Shown: one piece after another, positions 56,142-64,000 of the stretch | Layout: each line of letters begins with the position of its first letter | Numbering within the stretch: position 1 is the stretch's first letter | Origin: Candidatus Micrarchaeota archaeon | Lineage (GTDB): Archaea; Micrarchaeota; Micrarchaeia; Anstonellales; Bilamarchaeaceae | Direction: 5' to 3' | Assembly (NCBI GenBank): GCA_040753215.1 | Contig: JBFMEZ010000004.1 | Location: forward strand, 4,015-68,014 | DNA: 64,000 nucleotides | Notes under the pieces: model-generated | What the model was told of the DNA's origin: nothing | Database searches by the model: none | The model's input: the letters and a program-made list of their open reading frames with translations, nothing else | Made by a program: the position numbers and the translations under genes

Positions 56142-57743
56142 ATGAAGGGGGAAATCTCCGGGCAGCTGGTAAACGTATTCACCCGCGAGACCTACCCCGC
56201 GAGAATAGAGTGGGAGGACGGGATTTTCACCTCCGTGGAAGAGCTCGGCCGCGCCCCTGAGCATTTCATCCTCCCCGGCCTCATAGACGCCCACATACAT
56301 ATGGAAAGCTCCTTCCTCTGCCCCTCCCGCTTCGCAGAACTCGTGGTCCCCCGCGGCACCGTCGCCACAGTAACCGACCCCCACGAGATGGCGAACGTGT
56401 GCGGCCTCGCGGGAATAAATTACATGCTCAGGGATTCGGAAAGCATCCCCCTGAAATGCTTCTTCACCGCGCCCTCCTGCGTGCCCGCAACCCCCTACGA
56501 GACCTCCGGCTCCTCCATAGGCCCGAAGCAGATTGCGCAGCTTTTCCATAACCCGCGCATAGTCGCGCTCGGGGAAATGATGAATTATCCCGCGGTCGCA
56601 AGGAGGGAGGGGCGGGTGATGGCAAAGATTGCGGTCGCAAAGAAATACGGGAAGAAGATAGACGGCCACGCCCCTCTGCTCACCGGGAAAGGGCTGAGGC
56701 AGTACGTTTCCGAGGGGGTATCCAGCGACCACGAGTGCACGAAGCTCTCCGAGGCGAACGAGAAGGCCCGCCTCGGCATGGTAATATACGTGCGCGAGAG
56801 TTCCGCAGCAAAGAACATGCGCGAGCTGATACGCTGCAAGGGCATGAAATGCCTGGTGAGCGACGACATGGAGCCAGACGACCTCCTGAAGCACGGGCAC
56901 ATGGACCGCCTCCTCCGGCTCGCGGTTGAGAACGGGGTTGACCCGGTGGATGCGGTGTGCATGGCGAGCATAAACCCCTCCCGCCACTACCAGCTGAGGA
57001 TGGACGGGATAGCCCCAGGCCTGCCCGCGAATTTCTCAATATGCGACAACCTCCGCTTCTTCAGCATCCGCTCCGTCCACATAGACGGGAAATGGGTCGC
57101 GGACAACGGCAAGCCCCTCTTCAGGGCGAGGCCAGCAAGGCCCGTGAACAATTTCCGCTGCGCAAGGAAAAAGCCAGGGGAATTCGAAATCCACCTCCCC
57201 GGGAAATGCTGGCGCGTGAATGCGGTGGGCGTGCGGGAAGACCAGATAATCACGCAGAAGCTCCTCCTCACCCCCGCCCAGGCGAGGAAGGCGAACATGC
57301 TGGCGGTTGTGGAGAGGTACGGGCACGGGAGGATGGGGAGGGCGCACGTATCCGGCTTCGACCTGAAGGACGGGGCGTTCGGGCTCTCCGTCGCCCACGA
57401 CAGCCACAACATAATCGCGGTGGGCAGCAGCGCGGATTCCCTGTGCGGGGTGGTGAACAAAATAACAGAGATGAAGGGCGGGATAGCGGTCCTCTCAAGA
57501 GGGAGGATGAGCACCCTGCCCCTTCCCGTGGGCGGGATAATGAGCGACCAGCCCGCGGAGAAGGTCGCCCGCAGGATAGACGAGCTGGAGGAGGAGGTGC
57601 ACGGGCTCGGCTGCAGGTTCCGCCACCCGATGGGCACGCTCTCCTTCCTCTCCCTCCTCGTGATACCCGAGATAAAATTGAGCGACAAGGGGCTGTTCGA
57701 CTCCCAGAATTTCGAGTTCATGCACCAGTGCGTCGAGCTGTAG
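56142..57743 (+). CDS. ade: Adenine deaminase
   Basis: PGLIDAHIHMESS, DPHE, PSCVPA, LGEMM, DGHAP, DHEC, SDD, VAHDSHN and LPVGGIMS. Confidence 0.96.
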   Translation: MKGEISGQLVNVFTRETYPARIEWEDGIFTSVEELGRAPEHFILPGLIDAHIHMESSFLCPSRFAELVVPRGTVATVTDPHEMANVCGLAGINYMLRDSESIPLKCFFTAPSCVPATPYETSGSSIGPKQIAQLFHNPRIVALGEMMNYPAVARREGRVMAKIAVAKKYGKKIDGHAPLLTGKGLRQYVSEGVSSDHECTKLSEANEKARLGMVIYVRESSAAKNMRELIRCKGMKCLVSDDMEPDDLLKHGHMDRLLRLAVENGVDPVDAVCMASINPSRHYQLRMDGIAPGLPANFSICDNLRFFSIRSVHIDGKWVADNGKPLFRARPARPVNNFRCARKKPGEFEIHLPGKCWRVNAVGVREDQIITQKLLLTPAQARKANMLAVVERYGHGRMGRAHVSGFDLKDGAFGLSVAHDSHNIIAVGSSADSLCGVVNKITEMKGGIAVLSRGRMSTLPLPVGGIMSDQPAEKVARRIDELEEEVHGLGCRFRHPMGTLSFLSLLVIPEIKLSDKGLFDSQNFEFMHQCVEL

Positions 57744-57754
57744 CAGTCCCCCAT

Positions 57755-57882
57755 TGTCCCGGAGTCTTGGGGGTCTCCGAGTCCCCGGTCTTGTAGTCTT
57801 GGAGTCTTCAGGTCCCCGGGGTCTCCCAAGACACGGAGACTACTGCAAGACATGAAGACTACTTGCAAGACCCGAAGACCAC
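57755..57882. repeat. Degenerate 9-mer repeat region related to the element M core
   Basis: GGAGTCTTG / GGGTCTCC units followed by inverted GCAAGACATGAAGAC / GCAAGACCCGAAGACC units. Confidence 0.7.
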
Positions 57883-57907
57883 CGTCGTGCACAGCATCCC
57901 CAATCGG

Positions 57908-57932
57908 TTTATAAATCATTAGGCACACCTAA
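57908..57932 (+). promoter_or_regulatory. TATA box followed by a DtxR/IdeR-type operator
   Basis: TTTATAAA (57908-57915), then palindrome TTAGG-CACA-CCTAA (57919-57932) matching the DtxR box consensus, just before the dtxR-feoB operon. Confidence 0.8.
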
Positions 57933-57937
57933 CATTT

Positions 57938-58531
57938 ATGCATAAAAAGAGCCCCGAGATGGAGGAATACCTTGAGCTTATTTTCCGCCTCAAGGAAGAG
58001 GGGAGGAAGCCCCGCGTCAAGGAGATCGCCTCCCGCCTCAGAATCTCCCCCGCAAGCGTGAGCGAGATGCTCCGCAAGCTTTCAGGGGAAGGGCTTGTGG
58101 AGGTTGAAAGGTACGGGAGGATAGCGCTCACGCAGAAAGGCGCCGCGGAGGGGAGGAAGGTCCTGCGCAAGCACAGGATAATAGAGGGCTTCCTCGCCCT
58201 CATAGGCGTGCGCAGAAGGATACATGAGGAGGCCTGCATCCTCGAGCACGCGGTCTCCGATGAGGTGGAGAGGCGCATACGCAAGGCGGTGCTCGATGCC
58301 GGGTTCGTGCCCCTCACCGCCCTGCGCACCGGGGAGAAGGGAAGGGTGAAAAGGATAGATGCGGGCGCAAAGGCCTCCCAGCGGCTTGCCGACATGGGGC
58401 TCACGGAGGGAACCCCCGTAACGCTGATCAAGGCCGCGCCCTTCCGCGGGCCCGTGAAGATATCCGTCCGGGGCACCACCCTCGCCTTGGGGAGGGCGGT
58501 TGCGGGAAGGATTTTCGTGGAGGTAAAGTAG
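57938..58531 (+). CDS. DtxR/MntR family metal-dependent repressor with C-terminal FeoA domain
   Basis: EEYLELI, SPASVSEMLRKL, RKHRIIE and EACILEH; FeoA motifs RLADMGL, APFRGP and ALGR. Confidence 0.93.
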   Translation: MHKKSPEMEEYLELIFRLKEEGRKPRVKEIASRLRISPASVSEMLRKLSGEGLVEVERYGRIALTQKGAAEGRKVLRKHRIIEGFLALIGVRRRIHEEACILEHAVSDEVERRIRKAVLDAGFVPLTALRTGEKGRVKRIDAGAKASQRLADMGLTEGTPVTLIKAAPFRGPVKISVRGTTLALGRAVAGRIFVEVK

Positions 58532-58532
58532 G

Positions 58533-60410
58533 ATGCCCGCTCCCTGCCACTCTTCCGGTTCCCAGTCCCCGATTTCAACATCGCTTCGCGATGACTCCAT
58601 GTTGCCTCGGCAACAACTGGCGAAGTTCTGCGGAACTTCACCATGGCAGAATCCTTCCGGGATTCCGCCATCCGGTTCTCCAGGCACAAAAAAGCTCAGG
58701 ATTGCCCTCGCGGGGAACGCGAACGTTGGCAAGAGCGCACTCTTCAACCATCTCACCGGCCTCTCGCAGCATGTCGCCAACTGGCCGGGAAAGACCGTGG
58801 AGATGGCGGAAGGCAAGCTGCATTTCCACGATTATGAGATGGATGTGATAGACCTGCCGGGCATCTATTCCTTCTCCACATTCTCCATAGAGGAGCGCGT
58901 GAGCGAGGAATACATCACAAAGGAAAAGCCCGACGTGGTAATCAATGTAATAGACAGCGCCGCGCTCGAGCGCAACCTCTTTTTCACGCTACAGCTCCTT
59001 GAGCTCGGCGTTCCGGTCGTAATCGCCCTGAACCAGTCCGATGTCGCCCGGAAGAGGGGAATAACAATAGACGAAAAGAAGCTCTCCAGGCTCCTCAGGG
59101 TGCCCGTCGTCCCCACCGTAGCCACAAAGGGGATTGGGGTCCAGGAGCTCATCTGGCGCTGCATAGAGGCCGCAGGCAAGAGTGGCAAACGCAGGTCGAA
59201 AAGAACCCCTTCGGTTAAGCCCCCTTCCATAGCGCTCAGCAGCAGGAGATATGCAACCGCGGGCAGCATCGCATCCCGGGTCCAGATATCCACCCCGCAG
59301 AAGGGAGGGCTTGCTGAAAGGATAGACGACCTCACCACCCACCGCTTTTTCGGCTACCTCATAATGCTCATCGTGCTCGGCGGGGTATTCTACTCCATAT
59401 TCGCTTTCGGCGGGTTCCTCTCCTCGGAAATCGGGAACTTCTTCAATGCATTCCGCCCTCCCCCTTCCGCCCTCACGGAAAACCTCGTCTGGGAGGGTCT
59501 TGTAGGAGGGTTCGTTGCAGGGCTCACGCTCGTGCTCCCCTACGTCCTCCCTTTCTACTTCCTCCTCTCGCTCCTTGAAGACACGGGCTACATCACCCGC
59601 GTCGCCTACCTCCTTGACGGAATCGCCCACCGCATAGGCTTCCATGGGAAAGCCATAATCCCCCTCCTCCTCGGATACGGCTGCAACGTCCCCGCCTGCA
59701 TAGGGTGCAGGATGATGGAATACGAGAGGGACCGCCTCATCACCGCGTTCGCGGTAACGCTCGTCCCCTGCACCGCCCGCACGGTTGTCATACTTGCCCT
59801 GGTCGGCGCCTTCCTCGGAATCCAGTGGGCAGCCGCAATCTACCTTCTCAACCTCATAGTGGTGGCAGCCCTTGCAAAAATAGCCTTCAGAATCCTCCCC
59901 GGCGAGCCGGTCGGCCTCATAATGGAGATGCCGCGCTACAGGGTCCCCTCCCTTTCCGTTGCCGCGAAGCAGACGTTCCTCCGCACGAAATCCCTGCTCA
60001 CAATAGTGTTCCCGTATTATATCGCAGGCGGGCTCGTGCTAGCCCTCCTGCAGCTCGCGGGAATCCTCAGTGCGCTCAACGGCCTCTTCTCACCCCTAAC
60101 CTCTGGCTGGCTCGGGCTGCCCGCATTCGCGGGCACCCTCCTCCTCTTTGGGGTGGTGCGCAAGGAGCTCGTTGTGGTCCTGCCCGCCGTCCTCTACGGG
60201 ACGGCAGACCTCTCCTCTCTCTTTACCCCGGTGCAGATGCTCGTCCTCACAATAGTGACGATATTCTACATTCCCTGCCTCGCAACAATAGAAACGCTCA
60301 GGAGGGAATTCGGATGGAAGAAGGCGCTTGCCATCTCCGCTTTTGAGATAATTTTCGCAATCCTGCTTGGCGGAATCGCCTACCGCATCCTAACCGCATT
60401 CCTCCCGTAA
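58533..60410 (+). CDS. feoB: Ferrous iron transporter FeoB with repeat-derived N-terminal insert
   Basis: GNANVGKS, NWPGKTVE, DLPGIYS, LEDTGY, GYGCNVP, PCTAR, MEMP and YIPCLAT. Confidence 0.95.
   Translation: MPAPCHSSGSQSPISTSLRDDSMLPRQQLAKFCGTSPWQNPSGIPPSGSPGTKKLRIALAGNANVGKSALFNHLTGLSQHVANWPGKTVEMAEGKLHFHDYEMDVIDLPGIYSFSTFSIEERVSEEYITKEKPDVVINVIDSAALERNLFFTLQLLELGVPVVIALNQSDVARKRGITIDEKKLSRLLRVPVVPTVATKGIGVQELIWRCIEAAGKSGKRRSKRTPSVKPPSIALSSRRYATAGSIASRVQISTPQKGGLAERIDDLTTHRFFGYLIMLIVLGGVFYSIFAFGGFLSSEIGNFFNAFRPPPSALTENLVWEGLVGGFVAGLTLVLPYVLPFYFLLSLLEDTGYITRVAYLLDGIAHRIGFHGKAIIPLLLGYGCNVPACIGCRMMEYERDRLITAFAVTLVPCTARTVVILALVGAFLGIQWAAAIYLLNLIVVAALAKIAFRILPGEPVGLIMEMPRYRVPSLSVAAKQTFLRTKSLLTIVFPYYIAGGLVLALLQLAGILSALNGLFSPLTSGWLGLPAFAGTLLLFGVVRKELVVVLPAVLYGTADLSSLFTPVQMLVLTIVTIFYIPCLATIETLRREFGWKKALAISAFEIIFAILLGGIAYRILTAFLP
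58551..58683. repeat. Heptamer-flanked string of four mini-hairpins, in frame in feoB
   Basis: CATCGC-TTC-GCGATG, TGTTGCC-TC-GGCAACA, GAAGTTC-TGCG-GAACTTC and ATGGCAGAATCC...GGATTCCGCCAT. Confidence 0.85.
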
Positions 60411-60801
60411 GTTCATGGACAACGCCCCTCTTCCCTGCAATCCTTATTCCCGAACGGCCTGTCGCTTCTCCTGTATGCCGCGCGCAGGTCCGGGCCCGCC
60501 AGCTCGTCCTGCCCCCACGGCCTGTTCACAAACTCCCTCGCAGACCGCGGATGCAGCGCAATACCCCGGGGAATCCCGTACCTCTCCGAAATGCTCGGCC
60601 CGCCCTTGCCGCCCGCATTCCTGTTCAGCCCCACTATTATATTCAATCCGTGCACCATTGTTATCACCCGGGGAAATAGGCGGTTATTCCCATATTTATA
60701 TATTCTTGATAAAAATATTCCATTAAGAATATGCCCAAAGCGGCGCTTCCCGCGCCGGCTCCGCAAAAGATTAAAAACACCTTGCCGTCTATTTAGTTCT
60801 A

Positions 60802-60896
60802 CCCGCCGTAGCTCAACGGTAGAGCGATCGGCTGTAGCTTGATTCTCTACGAAAGTAGAAACCGATAGGTTGCTGGTTCAAATCCGGCCGGCGGGA
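60802..60896 (+). tRNA. tRNA-Tyr(GTA) with a 23-nt intron at position 37/38 (60838-60860)
   Basis: CCCGCCG...CGGCGGG A acceptor stem and ATCGG/CCGAT anticodon stem; CTGT pairs with intron GTAG to give a BHB-type junction. Confidence 0.95.
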
Positions 60897-60931
60897 TATT
60901 TCCTGCATACTATTTGGAGTGCTGGCTCATT

Positions 60932-61009
60932 TTCTGGGTTTCCGGTTTCCGCATCGCTTCGCGATGGCTGGCAGAATCTGCGGATTCCGCCATCGGGTTT
61001 CCTGTTCCG
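60932..61009. repeat. Heptamer-flanked hairpin cassette downstream of tRNA-Tyr
   Basis: GGTTTCCGGTTTCC, CATCGCTTCGCGATG, TGGCAGAATC-TGCG-GATTCCGCCA and GGTTTCC; same modules as in feoB. Confidence 0.85.
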
Positions 61010-61055
61010 TCTTCCTTATGCACCTATTATATACATATATAGAGAACCCACATCC

Positions 61056-62078
61056 ATGGCTTCGCGCAGGAGGATTCTGCTCTATTTCCTCGCACTGCTC
61101 ATTTCCGCCATCGCAATCTTCATTTCAGCCCGCCCCGCAGAGAATCCATCCTCATCAATCCCTGAAGGCTGCGGCCCCCTCCGCATTTACATAATAAACG
61201 TGAGCCAGGCGGATTCCATCCTCATTATAACCCCGTCCAACAAAACCATCCTGATAGATGCCGGCTCGGAAATGAAGCCGAACTCCTCCACAAATGCAGT
61301 CTCCTTCCTCCAGCGCATGAACATTTCCAGAATAGATTACCTCATCGCCTCCCATTACCATGAGGACCATATAGGAGGGATGCCCGCAGTCTTTTCCAAT
61401 TTTGAAGTAGCAAAGGTCTATGATAACGGGAACTGCGGCAACTATTCCAGCGGGGCGCAGAGGGATTTCCAGCTCTACGCTTCAAGATACGATTTCATCC
61501 ATGTCGCACAGGACACCACCCTGCAAATTGATTCCTGCCTCTCCGAATCAAAGCTCATCGCCCCTTATTCCACGCCCGGAAGATGCTTCAGCTCCAGCCG
61601 CGATTTCTCAAATGAGAATGAGAATTCCATCATCCTTTACATGGTTTATGGAAACACCTCCTTCCTGCTCACAGGCGACTGCGAAGAAAACTGCGAGCAG
61701 GAACTAATCCAAAAAGGGGTTCGCGCAGACTTCCTAAAGGTGGGCCACCACGGGAGCGCAACCTCCTCAGGCCCGGAATTCCTTGCTGCGGTAGATGCGC
61801 AATATTATGCAATTCCCACAGACAGGGCAAGAAGCGTAACCGATGGCTATTTCCACCCGAGGCAAATCCCGCTCGCAAACATTTACGCCCGCGGAATAAG
61901 CCCGGTTAATCTCTTCCGCACGGATTTGAACGGAAACATCGCAATAATCTCCGATGGCACCGCAATCTCCGCCTCCTCGGATGCCTCCGCTTCCCTGTGC
62001 GGTTTGTTCAGCGGCTATTCGTCCGCGAACGTTTCTTCCTACGCCCCAATCCCGGCCCTTGCGCAGGCCTGCGGTTAG
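61056..62078 (+). CDS. Membrane-anchored MBL-fold metallohydrolase (ComEC/Rec2-like)
   Basis: VSQADS, LIDAG, SHYHEDHIGG, NENS, LLTGD, KVGHHGS, HP and RTDLNG. Confidence 0.9.
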   Translation: MASRRRILLYFLALLISAIAIFISARPAENPSSSIPEGCGPLRIYIINVSQADSILIITPSNKTILIDAGSEMKPNSSTNAVSFLQRMNISRIDYLIASHYHEDHIGGMPAVFSNFEVAKVYDNGNCGNYSSGAQRDFQLYASRYDFIHVAQDTTLQIDSCLSESKLIAPYSTPGRCFSSSRDFSNENENSIILYMVYGNTSFLLTGDCEENCEQELIQKGVRADFLKVGHHGSATSSGPEFLAAVDAQYYAIPTDRARSVTDGYFHPRQIPLANIYARGISPVNLFRTDLNGNIAIISDGTAISASSDASASLCGLFSGYSSANVSSYAPIPALAQACG

Positions 62079-62114
62079 CCATCCAGTTCCCGGTTTTCAG
62101 TTTCCGGTTTCCGG

Positions 62115-62169
62115 TCAAACCAAACCTCCGCTCTTCGTGCCCCATTTCGGCTCTGGAGGTTTGGTTTGA
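62115..62169. repeat. Palindromic element family P, copy 3
   Basis: TCAAACCAAACCTCC...GGAGGTTTGGTTTGA, 15-bp inverted repeat, preceded by a heptamer array at 62083-62114. Confidence 0.9.
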
Positions 62170-62234
62170 GTCTCCAGCATCTTCCCGCCCAAAATCTCCC
62201 TCTTTTATAAACCTTTTTTCCCCAATCCCAGACC

Positions 62235-63323
62235 ATGCAGGCAAAATTGCTACTGTTACTCATGCTCCTGCCTCTCGCATTCCCGCTGGACGTAACATTA
62301 TACTACGGGGTGGGCTGCCCCCACTGCGCAAGGACCGAAGAGCTTTTCAGCGAGATAGGCCCTCAGCACAATCTCGAAATCACAAGGAAGGAAATCTACC
62401 AGGATGCGGAAAACCGCGCGGAGATGTTCTCAATATACGAAAGGTTCGGCCAGGACCCTGCGCAGGGCGGAGTCCCCACAATACTTGTAGAAAACACAAC
62501 GATGATAATAGGGGAGATGGAACAATACCAGTGGGAGAGCCTCTTCGCCCTCTGCCGGAACAACTCCTGCCCGCCCGGGGTTTATACCACTGCAACAATA
62601 GATTCCGTGAGCCCCCTCCAGGAGCAGGACCCCACCACCCAGCTCACCTGGGGCGTCCTCCTCGGCGCGGCACTCGTGGATTCCATAAACCCCTGCACGC
62701 TCGCCATAATGGTGATGCTGCTCGGCCTCATCCTCATCTCCAAAGGGAGGAAGCAGATGCTCCTTTCAGGGGTGGTTTTCTTCATCGTGGTTTACATAAT
62801 GTATTTCCTTTTCGGGCTGGGAATACTGAAGGCGCTAGCCAGCCCCGGCATAACTGACATCTTCTTCAAGGTTGTAACCGCAGGCGCGCTTCTGCTCGCA
62901 ATCCTTGAGATAAACGCCTACTTCAATTACAGGCCCGGCTTCCTTGCTGTGGAAATGCCGGTCTTCCTCCGCCCCTATGCGCACAACGTGATTGAGCGCG
63001 CAACCTCCCTCCCCGGAGTCGCGGTCGCAGCCCTCTTCTGCTCCATATTCCTTCTTCCCTGCTCCTCGGGCCCCTACCTCATGGTTCTGGCGATGGTTTC
63101 CAAGGCAGCAACCCTCCAGACGCTCACCTACCTCCTGGTCTATAACCTGGTCTTCATCCTTCCGATGATTGCGATTACGCTCGCGGTCTATTTCGGGTAT
63201 GCGACCGTGGAGCAGATAGGGGACGCGAAGGAGAAATACATAAGGCAGATACACCTTGTTTCCGGCATAATACTCTTCCTGCTTTTCTTATTTATGCTGA
63301 ATGAGATTGTGCATTTCGTATAG
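62235..63323 (+). CDS. Thioredoxin/glutaredoxin domain fused to a CcdA/DsbD-like membrane domain
   Basis: CPHC and GVP, then DSINPC and LPCSSGPY in TM helices. Confidence 0.87.
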   Translation: MQAKLLLLLMLLPLAFPLDVTLYYGVGCPHCARTEELFSEIGPQHNLEITRKEIYQDAENRAEMFSIYERFGQDPAQGGVPTILVENTTMIIGEMEQYQWESLFALCRNNSCPPGVYTTATIDSVSPLQEQDPTTQLTWGVLLGAALVDSINPCTLAIMVMLLGLILISKGRKQMLLSGVVFFIVVYIMYFLFGLGILKALASPGITDIFFKVVTAGALLLAILEINAYFNYRPGFLAVEMPVFLRPYAHNVIERATSLPGVAVAALFCSIFLLPCSSGPYLMVLAMVSKAATLQTLTYLLVYNLVFILPMIAITLAVYFGYATVEQIGDAKEKYIRQIHLVSGIILFLLFLFMLNEIVHFV

Positions 63324-63336
63324 TCCTCAGCAACTT

Positions 63337-63800
63337 TTACGCGAGCTTGCTCCCATCAGGCACCTTCCTCTCCGGAACCGCAAGCACGACTTTCCCGTCT
63401 CCCAACACAAACCCGGTAGTGAGCACCTCGGACTCAAACCCCGCCACCCGCTTCGGAGGGAAATTCACCACGCAGATGACCTGCTTCCCAACGAGTTCCT
63501 CTTTCTTGTACAGGTGCATAATCTGCGCGCTAGATCTCCTTTTGCCGAGTTCTCCGAAATCAATCAGCAGCTTGTACGCGGGCTTCCTCGCCTCCGGGAA
63601 ATCCTCCACCTTCACTGAACCTCCACGGCTCGGAAGCCTCGGCATTTATGCCGGGGAGGAGAGCCGAGGCTTCCTCTAAAGGCAGCAGGAATACATTTGC
63701 CCTTTATCTACGAAGAAGCCACGGCCTTTAGGCCGTGGAGGTTCACTATAGTCCCCACCCTCAATTCCACCTTCTCAAAATCTTCCCATGTGATTGCCAT
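63337..63800 (-). pseudogene. csaA: CsaA / tRNA-binding protein gene interrupted by a 131-bp insertion
   Basis: MAITWEDFEKVELRVGTI (63800-63747) joins [16 protein letters not shown]...SSAQI...VVNFPPK...SEVL (63615-63337) to give 110 aa when the insert is removed. The insert shifts the frame and carries an in-frame TAG. Confidence 0.9.
63616..63746 (+). mobile_element. Non-autonomous IS200/IS605-type mini-element (PATE-like)
   Basis: Inserted 3' of TCAC and itself ends in TCAC. Subterminal hairpins CCTCGGCAT-TT-ATGCCGGGG and CCACGGCC-TTTA-GGCCGTGG are each preceded by a GAAG guide tetranucleotide. Confidence 0.88.
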
Positions 63801-64000
63801 GCGCATTTTGCCCTGCCAACGGTTATTAACCTGCATCCCACCCAGTTTCCAGCTGCTTTTGGCCTGAAAAGTTCCAAAATTGAATAAATTTGGATGAGAA
63901 TACGACCAATTATTTCTTCCGGGTTTAGCGCTTCGGAAGCTTAGGCATTTATATTTGCAACACCCATCCTTTGCGATATGGGTACGCCAAAGAAGGCCGG

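Noticed and set aside
60413-60766. 117-aa minus-strand ORF between feoB and tRNA-Tyr
   Set aside because: No recognisable motif and an uncertain start. A shorter ORF from MVHGLN is possible but unsupported.
63616-63746. csaA insert as an archaeal BHB-spliced mRNA intron
   Set aside because: The ends pair, but none of the possible junction registers within AGUGAA gives a 4-bp central helix with two 3-nt bulges, and IS200/IS605 end features explain it better. RT-PCR would settle it.

Overview
Chromosomal segment of an archaeon. Archaeal markers include split RpoB and RpoA, L7Ae, S28e, L24e, L30e, aEF-2, aRF1, Dph5, a BHB-intron tRNA and TATA-box promoters. The compact gene set with AMP phosphorylase, R15P isomerase and FGC/AGC-type lipoproteins fits a DPANN lineage, probably Micrarchaeota (inference). 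Most of the window is housekeeping: the rpoH-rpoB-rpoA-L30e-nusA and S12-S7-EF2 cluster, nucleotide and amino-acid metabolism, iron uptake and two MNT-HEPN toxin-antitoxin pairs. The unusual signal is a layer of small selfish DNA that the ORF track does not show. (1) A 131-bp IS200/IS605-type mini-element, possibly an orphan omegaRNA, interrupts csaA at a TCAC target and is precisely excisable. (2) Two inverted MITE-like elements with 18-bp tandem cores bracket a 10.3-kb block with reversed GC skew and a split, inverted 9-10 bp target duplication, which points to an element-mediated inversion. (3) A modular family of GGTTTCC-type heptamer repeats carries interchangeable hairpin cassettes and has inserted in frame into at least six proteins. 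Also notable: a GGDEF diguanylate cyclase in an archaeon, a LAGLIDADG intein in GlmS, a double k-turn in the L7Ae leader, a stand-alone NrdJ-like Zn-ribbon peptide, an alpha-SNAP-like repeat protein and a large Cys-rich surface protein. All calls come from reading motifs by eye; no searches were run.
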